Shown here piece after piece: positions 9,400 through 19,661 of a stretch of 64,000 nucleotides of DNA. Under the pieces are notes generated by a model. The model was not told where the DNA came from and searched no databases. It saw only the letters and a program-made list of their open reading frames with translations. A program made the translations under genes and the position numbers. How positions within the stretch are numbered: the first letter of the stretch is position 1; every line of letters begins with the position of its first letter. Where the stretch lies: the NCBI GenBank assembly GCA_041690135.1, contig JAWLHY010000001.1, positions 448,001 through 512,000 on the forward strand, written 5' to 3'. The DNA is from Armatimonadota bacterium (GTDB taxonomy: Bacteria; Armatimonadota; SYMT01).

Positions 9400-10086
9400 C
9401 TAGGAGCCGGTCTGGGGTTCTACTGCCTTCTTCGCCGTCCGCTCCTTGAGGAAATGGATGAAGGCGGGGAGCACCGAGAGGAAGATGATTCCAAGGATCA
9501 CCTTTTCGTTGTGCTCCTTCACGAACTCCACGCCGCCCAGGAAGAAGCCGAGCAGCGTCATGCTGAGGACCCACGTAATGCCGCCGACCACGTTGTAGGT
9601 CATGAACTCGCCGTACGGCATCTCGGCGACCCCGGCCACGATGGGGGCGAAGGTGCGGGCGAACGGCATCCAGCGCGCCAGGATGATCGTCTTTCCGCCA
9701 TGCTTCTCGTAGAACTCCTGGGTCTTGATCAGGTGCTCGCGCTTGAAGACCCGGGAGTCCGGCCGATTGAACAGCCGCGGGCCGGTCTTACGTCCGAACC
9801 AGTAGCCCACCGTGTCGCCGGCGATGGCGGCGACGATGAGGGTAGCGCAAAGGGCGGCCACCGACCCGGCCGGGTCCTGGGGGAGCGGTGCGGGGGCCTT
9901 CAGGATGCCCGTGCCGACCAGCGCCCCCGCGGTGAACAGCAGGGAATCTCCGGGAAGGAAGAAGCCGGCGAGCAGGCCCGTTTCGGCGAAAACAATAGCA
10001 AAGAGGATGACGAAACCGCCCCAGCGGATGAGGTCCGCGAGTTGTTCGCCGTGGAGACTGTGCAAGAAGTGCTGTATGGCTTCCAT
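9400..10086 (-). CDS. DedA/VTT family membrane protein
   Basis: FAETGLLAGFFLPGDSLLF, GDTVGYWFGR, HGGKTIILARWMPFARTF. Confidence 0.95.
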   Translation of the reverse strand: MEAIQHFLHSLHGEQLADLIRWGGFVILFAIVFAETGLLAGFFLPGDSLLFTAGALVGTGILKAPAPLPQDPAGSVAALCATLIVAAIAGDTVGYWFGRKTGPRLFNRPDSRVFKREHLIKTQEFYEKHGGKTIILARWMPFARTFAPIVAGVAEMPYGEFMTYNVVGGITWVLSMTLLGFFLGGVEFVKEHNEKVILGIIFLSVLPAFIHFLKERTAKKAVEPQTGS

Positions 10087-10109
10087 TTAGCTTCCGGGGA
10101 TAATGAGCC

Positions 10110-12182
10110 TTATGGCGGGGGCTCACCGAGTACTGCGTCGAGGTCGGGGGGCGGCGCGCTGCGCTGGCTGTAGCCGCCCATCTCCCAGTCGGCGGGGGGC
10201 GCCGGCCGAGTCGCGGAACTCCCCGCCCCCTTCTTCCCTGAACCGGCTGGGACCGGGGACGGCCCGCTGAACGCGGCTTCGAGAGTGGGGGCCAGACCAT
10301 GAAGTCGGCGCGCGGCGGGCAGAGACCGCAGTACAACCTCTCCATATCGCATCGTCACCACCCTTTTGTCGAGGATGGCGACCAATCCCTGGTCCGTTCG
10401 GGTGCGGATTAGCCTCCCGAAGCCCTGCTTCAACATCAGGATCGCTTTCGGCAGCATGTACCCCCCGAACCAGTCCTCGGAGCGGGCTTTCATCCGGTCT
10501 GTGCGGGCCTGAACCACCGGGTCGTCCGGGCTGGCGAACGGCAGCTTGTCGATGATGACGCAGGAGAGGGCGTCACCCGGCACGTCCACTCCTTCCCAGA
10601 AGGTGGCGGTGGCAAACAACACCGCGTTGGGGGTGGACTTGAACCACTCGATCAGGCGGGTGCGCGGCAGATCTTCCTGCGTCTTGCAGGGATAGGGGAG
10701 CGTGCTGAGGAGCCGGCCGGAGATCTCCCGCAGCGCGCGGTACGAAGTGCAGAGCACGAAGGCGCGCCCCTCGGTCATCGCCAGGATCTGCTCGATCTCC
10801 GGGCAAACGGCCTCCAGGAAGCGGGGGTCGTTCGGCATCGGGAGGTGCCGCGGCACGTACAGCAACGACTGGTTCGGGTAGTCGAAGGGCGAGCCGAGCA
10901 CGCACTCCAGAGACTTCTCGGGCAGCCCGAGCTCCTTCTTCACGAACTCGAATTTGCCGTCCACCGCAAGGGTGGCCGAAGTAAGGACGCAAGTACGCTT
11001 GTCCCACAGGAGATGGCGGAGTGGCTCGCTCACGTCGAGCGGCGCCGATTGGAGCTCGAAGTAGTCGCGGCCGGGATCGAGGTACATCCAGTTCGCCCGG
11101 TTCGCATCGCGGCCCAGGGTAGCGAAGTGGTCCCACCGGGTCGCGAGGTCCGTGGCGACCGACTGCATTTGCTCCCGCTGGACTTCGGCCCTCTCCTTCG
11201 CCAATCCGGGTTCGGTCTCCAGCAGCACCATCTGACCGGGGTCGGCCCGGCCGATCCATTCGGAGAGCTGGGCCAGTGCTTCCGACAGCTTGAGAGAGTG
11301 GTCCTGGAACTCCGCCTCCGGTTCGATCCGGAACTGACCGCGCCCCCGGCGGTAGAGGTGGTCCATCAAGCCGACTTCGGCGTCGGTGATGTCCTGCACC
11401 AGCCCCGAGGGCACGTTCGAGAACCGCCGCTGCACGCGTTGGAGCAGCTTGTTGTTCATCCAGCGGGTGAGCTGCACCGATAGCGCGCCGACGGCGGCCC
11501 GGTCGAGGTGGTGTGCCTCGTCGAAGACGACCACGTCGTGTTTGGGAAGGATGCCGGCCTCGCGCGCCAGGTCGGTGAAGTAGAGCGCGTGGTTGGCGAT
11601 GATGATCTGTGCTTCCTCGCACTCGGCCCGCGCGAGCCGGTGGGGGGTGTAGGTCCAATTCGGACACTTCGGCCCCAGGCAGTCCTCGGGGTCCGAAGCG
11701 AGTGCGTCCGCCCAGAACCGGCCCTCGATGTTGAAGGGGAGCTCGCCCCGGTCACCGTTCCAGAGGCGGCTGCTGGAGATCTGGACCAGGCTATCCAGCA
11801 CGGGGCGCTGGGGGTCCGTAAGGGGGAGGGTCCGGCGCGCCTCTTCCAGCTTGTTGAGACAGACGTAGTTCGAACGGCCCTTGGCAATGGCGACCTTGAT
11901 CTCCTTCCCATACGCCTGGGCGAGGAAGGGGATATCCTTGGTCAGCAACTGTTCCTGCAGGGCAATGGTGCCGGTAGAGATCACCGCCACCTTCCCCGAC
12001 TCGATGAGGGGAATCAGGTAGCCGAACGACTTGCCGCTGCCGGTGCCCGCTTCGATGAGTGCGTGACGGTTGCCGGAGATCGCCTCGCTGATCGTTTCCG
12101 CCATGCGGATCTGCTGCGGGCGGGGCTCGTAGCCCGGCAGTTGGGAGACGATATCCTCGATGACGCGATGAATGGGGCGCAA
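10110..12182 (-). CDS. DinG/YoaA family ATP-dependent DNA helicase
   Basis: EAGTGSGKS, KGRSNYVC, DEAH, TSAT, FWEGVDVPG, KLPF, QGFGRLIR. Confidence 0.95.
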   Translation of the reverse strand: MRPIHRVIEDIVSQLPGYEPRPQQIRMAETISEAISGNRHALIEAGTGSGKSFGYLIPLIESGKVAVISTGTIALQEQLLTKDIPFLAQAYGKEIKVAIAKGRSNYVCLNKLEEARRTLPLTDPQRPVLDSLVQISSSRLWNGDRGELPFNIEGRFWADALASDPEDCLGPKCPNWTYTPHRLARAECEEAQIIIANHALYFTDLAREAGILPKHDVVVFDEAHHLDRAAVGALSVQLTRWMNNKLLQRVQRRFSNVPSGLVQDITDAEVGLMDHLYRRGRGQFRIEPEAEFQDHSLKLSEALAQLSEWIGRADPGQMVLLETEPGLAKERAEVQREQMQSVATDLATRWDHFATLGRDANRANWMYLDPGRDYFELQSAPLDVSEPLRHLLWDKRTCVLTSATLAVDGKFEFVKKELGLPEKSLECVLGSPFDYPNQSLLYVPRHLPMPNDPRFLEAVCPEIEQILAMTEGRAFVLCTSYRALREISGRLLSTLPYPCKTQEDLPRTRLIEWFKSTPNAVLFATATFWEGVDVPGDALSCVIIDKLPFASPDDPVVQARTDRMKARSEDWFGGYMLPKAILMLKQGFGRLIRTRTDQGLVAILDKRVVTMRYGEVVLRSLPAARRLHGLAPTLEAAFSGPSPVPAGSGKKGAGSSATRPAPPADWEMGGYSQRSAPPPDLDAVLGEPPP

Positions 12183-12279
12183 TGCGGGTACCTGTTCCGT
12201 GGGGAGGACAGCGTACTGTAACGCGACGCGGGAAAGCCGTCAACATCCGTTTGCCATACTTGGAGCAGGCCCGCCGGAA

Positions 12280-14883
12280 CTAACGGATGAGCTTTTTCTC
12301 CACTCCCCGAGGCGCATGCATCAGCCGCGCGGTGTCCCAGAGGATCACGTTGCCGTCCATCCCTCCGGATGCCAGCCTTCCGCTGCGAGAGTCCCAGGCG
12401 ATCGATAGCGCGCGCTTGGTGTTCTCTTCCCCCTCGAGGCGCTCCTCGCCGGTGGCCGCGTCTACCTGGTGGAACTTCCGGTCGCCGCCCATGTAAAGGA
12501 TCTGCGAGCCGTCCGCACTCCAGGCAAGAGAAAGTGCGAGATAGCGCGGGAGATGGATGGAGGCGCTCATTTCCCCACTCTCGGCATTCCAGAGGTGGAT
12601 GCCGTGGTTGGAAGCCGTAGCCAGCCGGTCGCCGCGCGGACTCCAGGCCAGGGAATGGAGTAAGTTCGGCGCTAGGGGTAGGGAATGCATCGGCTTAAGC
12701 GTCGCGGCATCCCACAGCGAGACCTCAGAGGCCGGAATTCCCAACGACACCGCCAGGCGCGTGCCATCGGGCCGGAGTGCCAGGGCGCGAACCTCCCCGG
12801 CGAGATTGGGTAGCACCCGCACCTGCTTTCCCGCACGGATGTCCCAGACCCGGAGCGTCCGATCTTCCCCGCCGGAGAGAAGTCGCTCCGATGACTGCCA
12901 GGCCAGGGCTAGCACCCGTCCCTGATGACCGCGCATCGTTTTAAGGAGAGCGGACGCCTCCACGTCCCACAGGCGAACGGTCCCATCCGAACCGCCACTC
13001 GCCAGCCGCGAACCGTCCGGACTCCAGGCCACCGTACGCACGTGGCGGTTATGGCCGGCCAGCATCCCCACCAATTCGCCCGATGCAGAGGCGATACTGA
13101 TGCGGCCGTCCCACCCGGCCGCCGCGAGACGGCTTCCGTCTGGGCTCCAGGTTACGGCCGATACGCCGCCGGCATGCCCGTGCACCACGCGTAACTGCGG
13201 CGCCGAGGGCACTTCCGCGGGCGGCAAGAGATCGTCGTACCGCTTCCTGGGGTTCTTAACGCGATAAGCATGCTGGTGGCCGTGAGACGCATGCTGCTGA
13301 ACACCCTTTATCCAGTTCGCGATTTGCTTCCGCTCTTCCGCGGTCCGGAGCACCCGCGGGTAGAGCATGCCGCGAGCATCCCGGCTTTTGAAATTGTAGA
13401 GCACCTCCGCCGCGGCGATGCGGTCGTAACTGTGTTCGAACTCCGTCCGAGCCGTGGTCTCGGCGATCTTCTGGAGCTTGGCCGCATCCCCAAACCACTT
13501 GTCCTGGTAGATTTCGAAACCCCAGAAGAGCGCGCTGGTGCCGGTGCTGCCCAGCTCGATTCCCTTCCAGAGAGCCTGGTCCGCTGTCCGGGCATCACTG
13601 TTGAAGGTCGCCGCGTATGCCAACTCTACCCAGAGATCACCCATGGTGGGATCGAGGGTCACCGCCTGCTGTGCCGCTTCCTGGCGGGCGGCGTAGAGCG
13701 GGCGGAGCAACTCCCATTCCTTTGCGGAAATCCGGTTCACCGTGCGTCCCCTCCGGATGGCCTGCGCCTGGTTGCCCAGGGCCTGCGAAAGGGGGTGCCA
13801 CGCAAGCGCGTTCCGGGTGGCACAGCGAATAGCTTCTTCCTCCAGGTAACGCGTCTGTACCCAGTTCTGCGACAGGGCGGTCAGGTTGGCATAAGCGGAA
13901 CGGATCTGGTAGTTGCCGGATTGCTTCTGAGCCAGTTGCTCAATCCGCTGCGACAGCTTGCCCGCGGTGGAGGAGCCGGAATTGTAGTGACACAGGCCGA
14001 TGGTGCCCCATGCCACGGGATGGTCCGGTACGAGCTGAAGCAGTACCTCGGAACGCCGGGTGATCTCCTCGCCCGACCCGGACGCGAGACCGTCGAATAC
14101 GTACAGCGTGCCCGCGAGAGGAGAAGTGGCCGCGAGACTCGCCAGGCGCGCGGTCTGTTGGGCACTCAGTATCGACCGCTGCGGGCGCGGCAGCCCGCCC
14201 AGCAACTGGAGATCCGCCGGGCTCTCGACCACCCGCTCGCTGACAGCCGGCCGGGGAATTCCAAGACCGGAGCAGAGCTGTCGGGCCATCTGGGGGAGTT
14301 GCGACGCCACCTTCGTCAGTGAGCCGGATACTTTGAGGGAGGGACCTACCGGCCGTTTCGCGGGTACCTCGTAAAGCTGATATTCCAGCGTGCAGCTTTG
14401 GACAGAACCGGAGATACGGCCCACGGCGGCGTGAGTGGCGCCCACCCGCGTGGAGAGGTGTGCCGCCTCTTCCGGCGTCATCCACCCCTTGCGCCGATCC
14501 AGGGCGATCATCACGTCGTTCAGGTTGTCCCATGTGGGCGTCTTCCCCAATTCGGGATGGCCCGCCACCTGGAAATGCAGCCAACGGGAGCAACCTGCCC
14601 CGAAGTCTCGCAGGGGCCGAGGCATCCCGGCGGCTACCGGCTCACACACCACCACCCCGGGGCCATTGTCGAGCTGGATCAGTTCGGAAATGGATCTCGG
14701 CCTGGGGTCGACCGGCGAGGCGCCCCTACCTCCCCCGTTACGCGCGGCCTGCTCGCGAGCATATCGTGGTGTGCCCGGCAGCGCCGGCCGGTCGAGAGGG
14801 TTGCGCAGTCCGGAGCAACCGGCGAGCAGGCCGGTGGCCACGACCGCGCCCAGTACTGCCTTCCAGCCTCGAAGGTTCCCCAT
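12280..14883 (-). CDS. Lipoprotein with TolB_N-like, TPR-like and C-terminal WD40 domains
   Basis: Lipobox LLAGC after hydrophobic leader; GAGGTG RBS; helical repeats; about 7 WD40 repeats (GH...WSPDGSRLASGGSDGTVRLWD). Confidence 0.88.
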   Translation of the reverse strand: MGNLRGWKAVLGAVVATGLLAGCSGLRNPLDRPALPGTPRYAREQAARNGGGRGASPVDPRPRSISELIQLDNGPGVVVCEPVAAGMPRPLRDFGAGCSRWLHFQVAGHPELGKTPTWDNLNDVMIALDRRKGWMTPEEAAHLSTRVGATHAAVGRISGSVQSCTLEYQLYEVPAKRPVGPSLKVSGSLTKVASQLPQMARQLCSGLGIPRPAVSERVVESPADLQLLGGLPRPQRSILSAQQTARLASLAATSPLAGTLYVFDGLASGSGEEITRRSEVLLQLVPDHPVAWGTIGLCHYNSGSSTAGKLSQRIEQLAQKQSGNYQIRSAYANLTALSQNWVQTRYLEEEAIRCATRNALAWHPLSQALGNQAQAIRRGRTVNRISAKEWELLRPLYAARQEAAQQAVTLDPTMGDLWVELAYAATFNSDARTADQALWKGIELGSTGTSALFWGFEIYQDKWFGDAAKLQKIAETTARTEFEHSYDRIAAAEVLYNFKSRDARGMLYPRVLRTAEERKQIANWIKGVQQHASHGHQHAYRVKNPRKRYDDLLPPAEVPSAPQLRVVHGHAGGVSAVTWSPDGSRLAAAGWDGRISIASASGELVGMLAGHNRHVRTVAWSPDGSRLASGGSDGTVRLWDVEASALLKTMRGHQGRVLALAWQSSERLLSGGEDRTLRVWDIRAGKQVRVLPNLAGEVRALALRPDGTRLAVSLGIPASEVSLWDAATLKPMHSLPLAPNLLHSLAWSPRGDRLATASNHGIHLWNAESGEMSASIHLPRYLALSLAWSADGSQILYMGGDRKFHQVDAATGEERLEGEENTKRALSIAWDSRSGRLASGGMDGNVILWDTARLMHAPRGVEKKLIR

Positions 14884-14987
14884 GCTCATCTCACCTCTCT
14901 CCTTTGCTCCGACCGCCTTCGTCCCCACATAGCGGTAAACTGGTTGCCCGTCGCCGCCTCTCCCAACCTGTCTCTACGCCGGCACGC

Positions 14988-16202
14988 TTAACGGCGCCAG
15001 AAGGCCCAAGCGGGACGGGTGTTGCTCTTAACCCGTGGATCCTCGGCGTACTTCCGTTCCCATTCCTTCCACGCCCCACCAGAGGCCGCCGCGCGTACCG
15101 CAGCCATGCAGCGGGCCGCAGCATCCACGGAGCCGTTCCCGGCGAGCGAGCCCGGAGTCGCCTTCGCCAGCAGCGCGTCCGCCAGTCTTCGCGGCTCGGC
15201 AGCGGATTTCAGTAGATCGATCACCACTTCGGGATCGCCGCCCAGAAAAGAACCGACCTGGTGCGGCGCTCGCTCCGCCAGGGCCGCCAACGCCAGGGGA
15301 GCTAGGGGAACTGCGCGCGGCGGGCTGACCCCGTCGTTTCCCGTCTCGCCGCAGATCGCCTGGCGGACCGCCTCGGCTTCCGCCACATTCCCGCTTTTCA
15401 ACGTGCGCGCCAGCCAGCGCACGTAGGCGCCAGCCGACGCCGTCGGCTCCGGCCTTACCGTAGCCGCCTCCAGATCGAAGGTGACGTAGGGGTTCCGCTG
15501 GCTTGGCCCCTCGCTTCCCGAGCGCACCGTGGCGATCCGGAACTGCTGGCGGTGGTGATCGCATGCCCGGTAAAAGTGGGTGGAGAAGGTCACTCCGAGC
15601 CGGTCCTGGGAGGGGAGCGCGAAGAGGAGCGCACCCAGTAACGCCCGGGACTCCGCTTCCGGACCGATCACCAGCCCCGGCTTTTCCGCCAAACCCAGTG
15701 CCGCTCCGACCCAGGCTTCCAGCCACTTCTCCGGAAGACGCTCGAATGCTTGGCTGGGGGCCGGCCGAGATACAGCGCCCAGCACCCTGGGCTCCAGGGC
15801 TCGGGGTGCCAGATCCAAAGACTCCATGGCGGGCCACTCTTGATCGAGAAGCGTAAACGGATCGGCGCCCAGGGCCAGGTACTGATCCTCCGGCAGGACC
15901 CAGTGGTACGCCAGGTAGTTCCCGCTGCGACCCGTGTGACTACTGCCCCAGTCGATGGTCTTACCCACGGCAACGGCGCCGGAAGGTAGGCGAAAGCAGC
16001 TCTCTTTCAAGGGCAGGTCGCCCTGCGCTCTTCGATCCGCGGTCACCTCGTAGTAGGCCGCCATGTCCTCCAGGCGACGCAAGTCGTCCGTGCCGACCAG
16101 GGCCTCGGAAACGGCCACCGTCTGGAACCCGGCGCCCTTCTGGGGAAAGTACCCTTTCTCCACATTTGAAGCCAGGTGCTGAAGTGCCTGCGCGGTAACC
16201 AT
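14988..16202 (-). CDS. GAP1-N2-like (GTPase-associated protein 1) protein
   Basis: GFQTVAVS..., GRSGNYLAYHWVL motif, VTFSTH; directly downstream of a TRAFAC GTPase. Confidence 0.72.
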   Translation of the reverse strand: MVTAQALQHLASNVEKGYFPQKGAGFQTVAVSEALVGTDDLRRLEDMAAYYEVTADRRAQGDLPLKESCFRLPSGAVAVGKTIDWGSSHTGRSGNYLAYHWVLPEDQYLALGADPFTLLDQEWPAMESLDLAPRALEPRVLGAVSRPAPSQAFERLPEKWLEAWVGAALGLAEKPGLVIGPEAESRALLGALLFALPSQDRLGVTFSTHFYRACDHHRQQFRIATVRSGSEGPSQRNPYVTFDLEAATVRPEPTASAGAYVRWLARTLKSGNVAEAEAVRQAICGETGNDGVSPPRAVPLAPLALAALAERAPHQVGSFLGGDPEVVIDLLKSAAEPRRLADALLAKATPGSLAGNGSVDAAARCMAAVRAAASGGAWKEWERKYAEDPRVKSNTRPAWAFWRR

Positions 16203-16205
16203 CGC

Positions 16206-17129
16206 TTACATCACCCCCGCGGAGCGGAAAATCCAGAAAAGCGGATCGCGCACCCGGAAGGGCGCCGGCTTGCGGGTGAGCCGCAGCTCCACATCCCGGG
16301 TACGGTCACCCCCACACGTACTGCACTGCTGCTGTACATCCATCTCCATGGCGCTGCAATGGGGGCAACGCCAGGAAGGCTGATGGCCAATGGAGGAGAG
16401 GGCGCAGAAACGCGTGTCGGCGGGAACACGATTGATGAAGCCGCGGCCGCCCTGGGCTCCGTCCAGCCACCAATCCCGAAGCATCCGCGAAAGCGTATCC
16501 ATTTCGCGGTGATACTCCGCGAGGCGTTCACCTCGCGGCGGGTCGTCCGGCCAGAGGTCGGCGATCATCTCCGCCCAATCGTTCTCGTGACGCAGTTCGT
16601 CCATCTTCGAAAGGACCACGATGAAGTTCTTCTTATCGCTTCCCGGAACCAGGCGAGAGATCTTGTCGCGGAGATCCGCAGCCTGCAGGGCACGGACGGT
16701 GAAGTCCGTACGGGTAGGATCAAAGAGGAAGAGAATGTCCGTAGCCGCCGGCAGGAAGGGCGCATTCTCCAACAGCCACTCTTCGTCCGACACCGCTTCA
16801 CCTGGAATGTCGTAGAACGTGATCTTCAGACTCTGGCGCTTTCCCTTCAGCGTTGGTATGCCGGTGAATTCCAGCACGGCGGGCTCCGGCGGCGTGCGCG
16901 GGCTGGACGGAGGCAGCGTCATCTTGCTCAGCGTGATTGCGTTTCCGAAGAACACCTCCGCGGCCTTCGGATTAGCGGCCCGTACCGCGTACGGGTGGCG
17001 ATCGTGCGCGAACGACTCCGAGAGCGCAAAGAAGCTGTCCCAGAACAACCCGGCCAAGAACACGGTTTTGCCGTGGTTCGGGTATCCAATGATTACGGCG
17101 GTCCTATCTTTTGGCTTCTGCCACCACAT
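16206..17129 (-). CDS. TRAFAC-clade GTPase (double-GTPase conflict-system type) with Zn-ribbon insert
   Basis: G1 GYPNHGKT, G2 PRT, G3 YDIPGE, G4 SKMD, G5 SSIG; CPHC...CSTC; start moved to ATG 17129. Confidence 0.85.
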   Translation of the reverse strand: MWWQKPKDRTAVIIGYPNHGKTVFLAGLFWDSFFALSESFAHDRHPYAVRAANPKAAEVFFGNAITLSKMTLPPSSPRTPPEPAVLEFTGIPTLKGKRQSLKITFYDIPGEAVSDEEWLLENAPFLPAATDILFLFDPTRTDFTVRALQAADLRDKISRLVPGSDKKNFIVVLSKMDELRHENDWAEMIADLWPDDPPRGERLAEYHREMDTLSRMLRDWWLDGAQGGRGFINRVPADTRFCALSSIGHQPSWRCPHCSAMEMDVQQQCSTCGGDRTRDVELRLTRKPAPFRVRDPLFWIFRSAGVM

Positions 17130-17166
17130 CCCGGAGCCGATCTCCCTGTCAAAGCCGCTTCCGGCT

Positions 17167-18699
17167 TCAATTCCGATCCTCGTAAACGGAATGCTGTATC
17201 GCTCCGTAGGCGCCCAGGCGGTAAAGCGATTGACACACGTCGCAACTGGGGTGGTCTGGCAACTGCTTTTCCAGTTGTTTGAGTACCGCAACCGCCCGTG
17301 CGTCCTCCGTGTGGCCTAACGCTTTAACCACCGAAGTCAAGACTTCCCTGTCGGAGATGGGGAGGGCCCCGATGAGCGCCGACGCCGACCGTCGACCCGC
17401 GCAATGTTCCAGGGCAAGTCCCGCTGCCCGCTGGAGATCCACACTGGGGTCCTTCAAAGCTGCCACCAGGGCGGGCACCACTTCGTCGGTGGGTGGAGCG
17501 AACAGTCCACTCTCCCGATCGGCGAGGTAGATCTCGTTGCCGTTCCAGTTGTGGCTCCGCCGAAATCCGGTGGAGAGCGCCTTGGCCGCCGCCAGCCGCA
17601 CTTCCAGCCGGACATCTCGGATGGCGCCAGCGAGGCCCCGGAGAACTTGCGTGAGGTCAGGAGGCCGCACGCGTTCATAGGAAGGTGGGGATACCTGCTC
17701 ACCGTAGCGGATCGCCTGAACCAGCCGCATCTGCTCGTCGCTGGCGGATTTCGCAATCTCGCCCAGGGATTCTGCCGCGGCAACCCGCACCCTAAGCTCC
17801 CGGTCGCGCAGCGCCGCCACTACCGGCTGTACGGCCGACGCGTCGGCAGACATTCCCAGGGCCACGACCGCGGCCTCCCGGATACTTGCCTCCTCACTCT
17901 TCAGGTGCCGCACCAGCACCGGAAGGACCTGCGGAACCACGTTCCGAATGAACGTGCTGACGGAAGTAAGATCTTGACGGTCCTGCGTCGCGGCCATGGC
18001 CAGCAACAATGGAGTGACGGCCCGTTCATCGAAGTGGTCCTGAAAGTAGTAGCGAGCCGCCGAACGCACGGAACTATCCGAGTCCCGCATCGCCGTCAGC
18101 AACATCGGCACACTGGAGGGATCCGGGTGCGCCCGGAGCGCGTAGACCGCCCTGGCCCGCACGCTGGCGTTCGGGTCGGTAACCGCGGCTTGAATGGGCG
18201 CCAACGGCACCGGCCTGCAGTCCTTGATGATAGCGAGTGCGGCCGCCTTGACTTCCGGGTCCGTATCGCGAGCTGACGCGGCGAGTGCGTAGCCTGCCCG
18301 ATGTCCGCCTATCTGGAAGAGTAATTGAGGAAAGCGCGCCGGGAGCAGTCCCAGCGCGGCCGTGGCCAGGAGAAGCTCGCAGGCGATGATTCCCGCTGCG
18401 AAAAGTCCGGCGACCGAGTGGAGCACCTGCATCCAGTTCCGGCTCTTCTCGCGCAGCACCAGCAGCGCAAGGATGACGGCGGCAGCTAGGGGCAGCCCAA
18501 CCAGAATGTCGCCCACCAGGGCGGGATAACTCCGCTTGACCACCCAGTAGCCCACCCCGCCAAGCAAGGCCGCGCCCGCCAGTCCCAACCGCTGAACGAG
18601 CCGGGCGGCTTGGGGAGCTTCCAGTCGCACTCCCCAACGGAACAGGGGAATGGCGAGAATGCCTCCGGCAAGCGTACCCACGATCAAAGCCAGCGTCAT
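17167..18699 (-). CDS. Multi-TM HEAT-repeat protein
   Basis: About four N-terminal hydrophobic helices; repeated D.D..VR..A..AL motifs; terminal CDVC. Confidence 0.88.
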   Translation of the reverse strand: MTLALIVGTLAGGILAIPLFRWGVRLEAPQAARLVQRLGLAGAALLGGVGYWVVKRSYPALVGDILVGLPLAAAVILALLVLREKSRNWMQVLHSVAGLFAAGIIACELLLATAALGLLPARFPQLLFQIGGHRAGYALAASARDTDPEVKAAALAIIKDCRPVPLAPIQAAVTDPNASVRARAVYALRAHPDPSSVPMLLTAMRDSDSSVRSAARYYFQDHFDERAVTPLLLAMAATQDRQDLTSVSTFIRNVVPQVLPVLVRHLKSEEASIREAAVVALGMSADASAVQPVVAALRDRELRVRVAAAESLGEIAKSASDEQMRLVQAIRYGEQVSPPSYERVRPPDLTQVLRGLAGAIRDVRLEVRLAAAKALSTGFRRSHNWNGNEIYLADRESGLFAPPTDEVVPALVAALKDPSVDLQRAAGLALEHCAGRRSASALIGALPISDREVLTSVVKALGHTEDARAVAVLKQLEKQLPDHPSCDVCQSLYRLGAYGAIQHSVYEDRN

Positions 18700-19652
18700 A
18701 CCGCACCTCCCTGCCCAACTCTTGGAGCCTCCGCCGCGGCAACCTCCACCGTTCCCGGATCTTCACTGCCTCGTGACCGCCGAGGATCCGCGATCGAGTC
18801 CGGACCCAGGAACGCTTCCGCAGGGACCCGGTACTCCACCTCACCGAACCGAGACGATAGTAGGCGCTGTGCGGCGGGATCGAGCTCCGCGGCTGCAACG
18901 CGAACCCGGATAGCGGCGAGACGGTCCTCCGAAAGCTCAGCTCGGCTTACCAGGTGATCGATAATCTGCCCCAACCGGAGGGGATCACCCTCGGAGATCC
19001 ACACGGAAGTCAAACCATGTACGGCGTGGCTCCGGGGGAGCACATCCTGCTCCCGTGTCAGGTCTTCCAGGCAGAGGTTCCACTCCACTAGGCCCTCACG
19101 CTCCCGCGCAAAGCACCGCACGCCCGCAACCGTCCTGGTTTCGGCCTCGCCTCGCGCAGCTAACTCGAGAAAGTCGTGCGCCGTCACCGCTCCGTGGACC
19201 ACCACTTTGCGCTCGTGGAGCTGCCCGGCGTCGCCAGTAGCCCGGCACTGTCCGCAGTAAGCGTGCAGGCGATCGGCGCCGGACTCCGACCACTTGGCGC
19301 CGCAGTGCGGGCAACGACAGCCTAACAGTTCGCCCCCCAGGGCCGCGCGCGGATCGACTTCCTGCCCGCAGGAGTTGCATGCATAGCGAAACTCATCGCG
19401 GTGTAGGCAAGCGGGGCAGAGAAAAGCGTGCTCCGACCGCCGGTGTCGCGCCCGCTCGCGAGCCACGGACCGGTTCACCAGGGCCCATCCGCTCCCCATC
19501 AATCCCAGCAGCAGCCCCAGGTAACCGGCAATCCCTATCCAGCCCAGGGAGGGGCTCTCCCGCTGCAGACCCACCAGGAGCGCAATCAGGACCGGAAGCC
19601 ACCAGAGTTGCGTCAGGATGCGTAGCGCCGGGTTTCGCAACAGTAACTGCAT
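18696..19652 (-). CDS. 2-TM, multi-Zn-ribbon protein; possible degenerate GTPase partner
   Basis: Two TM helices; CPAC, CNSC, CPHC, CGQC; 4-bp overlap with HEAT gene. Confidence 0.78.
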   Translation of the reverse strand: MQLLLRNPALRILTQLWWLPVLIALLVGLQRESPSLGWIGIAGYLGLLLGLMGSGWALVNRSVARERARHRRSEHAFLCPACLHRDEFRYACNSCGQEVDPRAALGGELLGCRCPHCGAKWSESGADRLHAYCGQCRATGDAGQLHERKVVVHGAVTAHDFLELAARGEAETRTVAGVRCFAREREGLVEWNLCLEDLTREQDVLPRSHAVHGLTSVWISEGDPLRLGQIIDHLVSRAELSEDRLAAIRVRVAAAELDPAAQRLLSSRFGEVEYRVPAEAFLGPDSIADPRRSRGSEDPGTVEVAAAEAPRVGQGGAV

Positions 19653-19661
19653 GTTCTGCCT

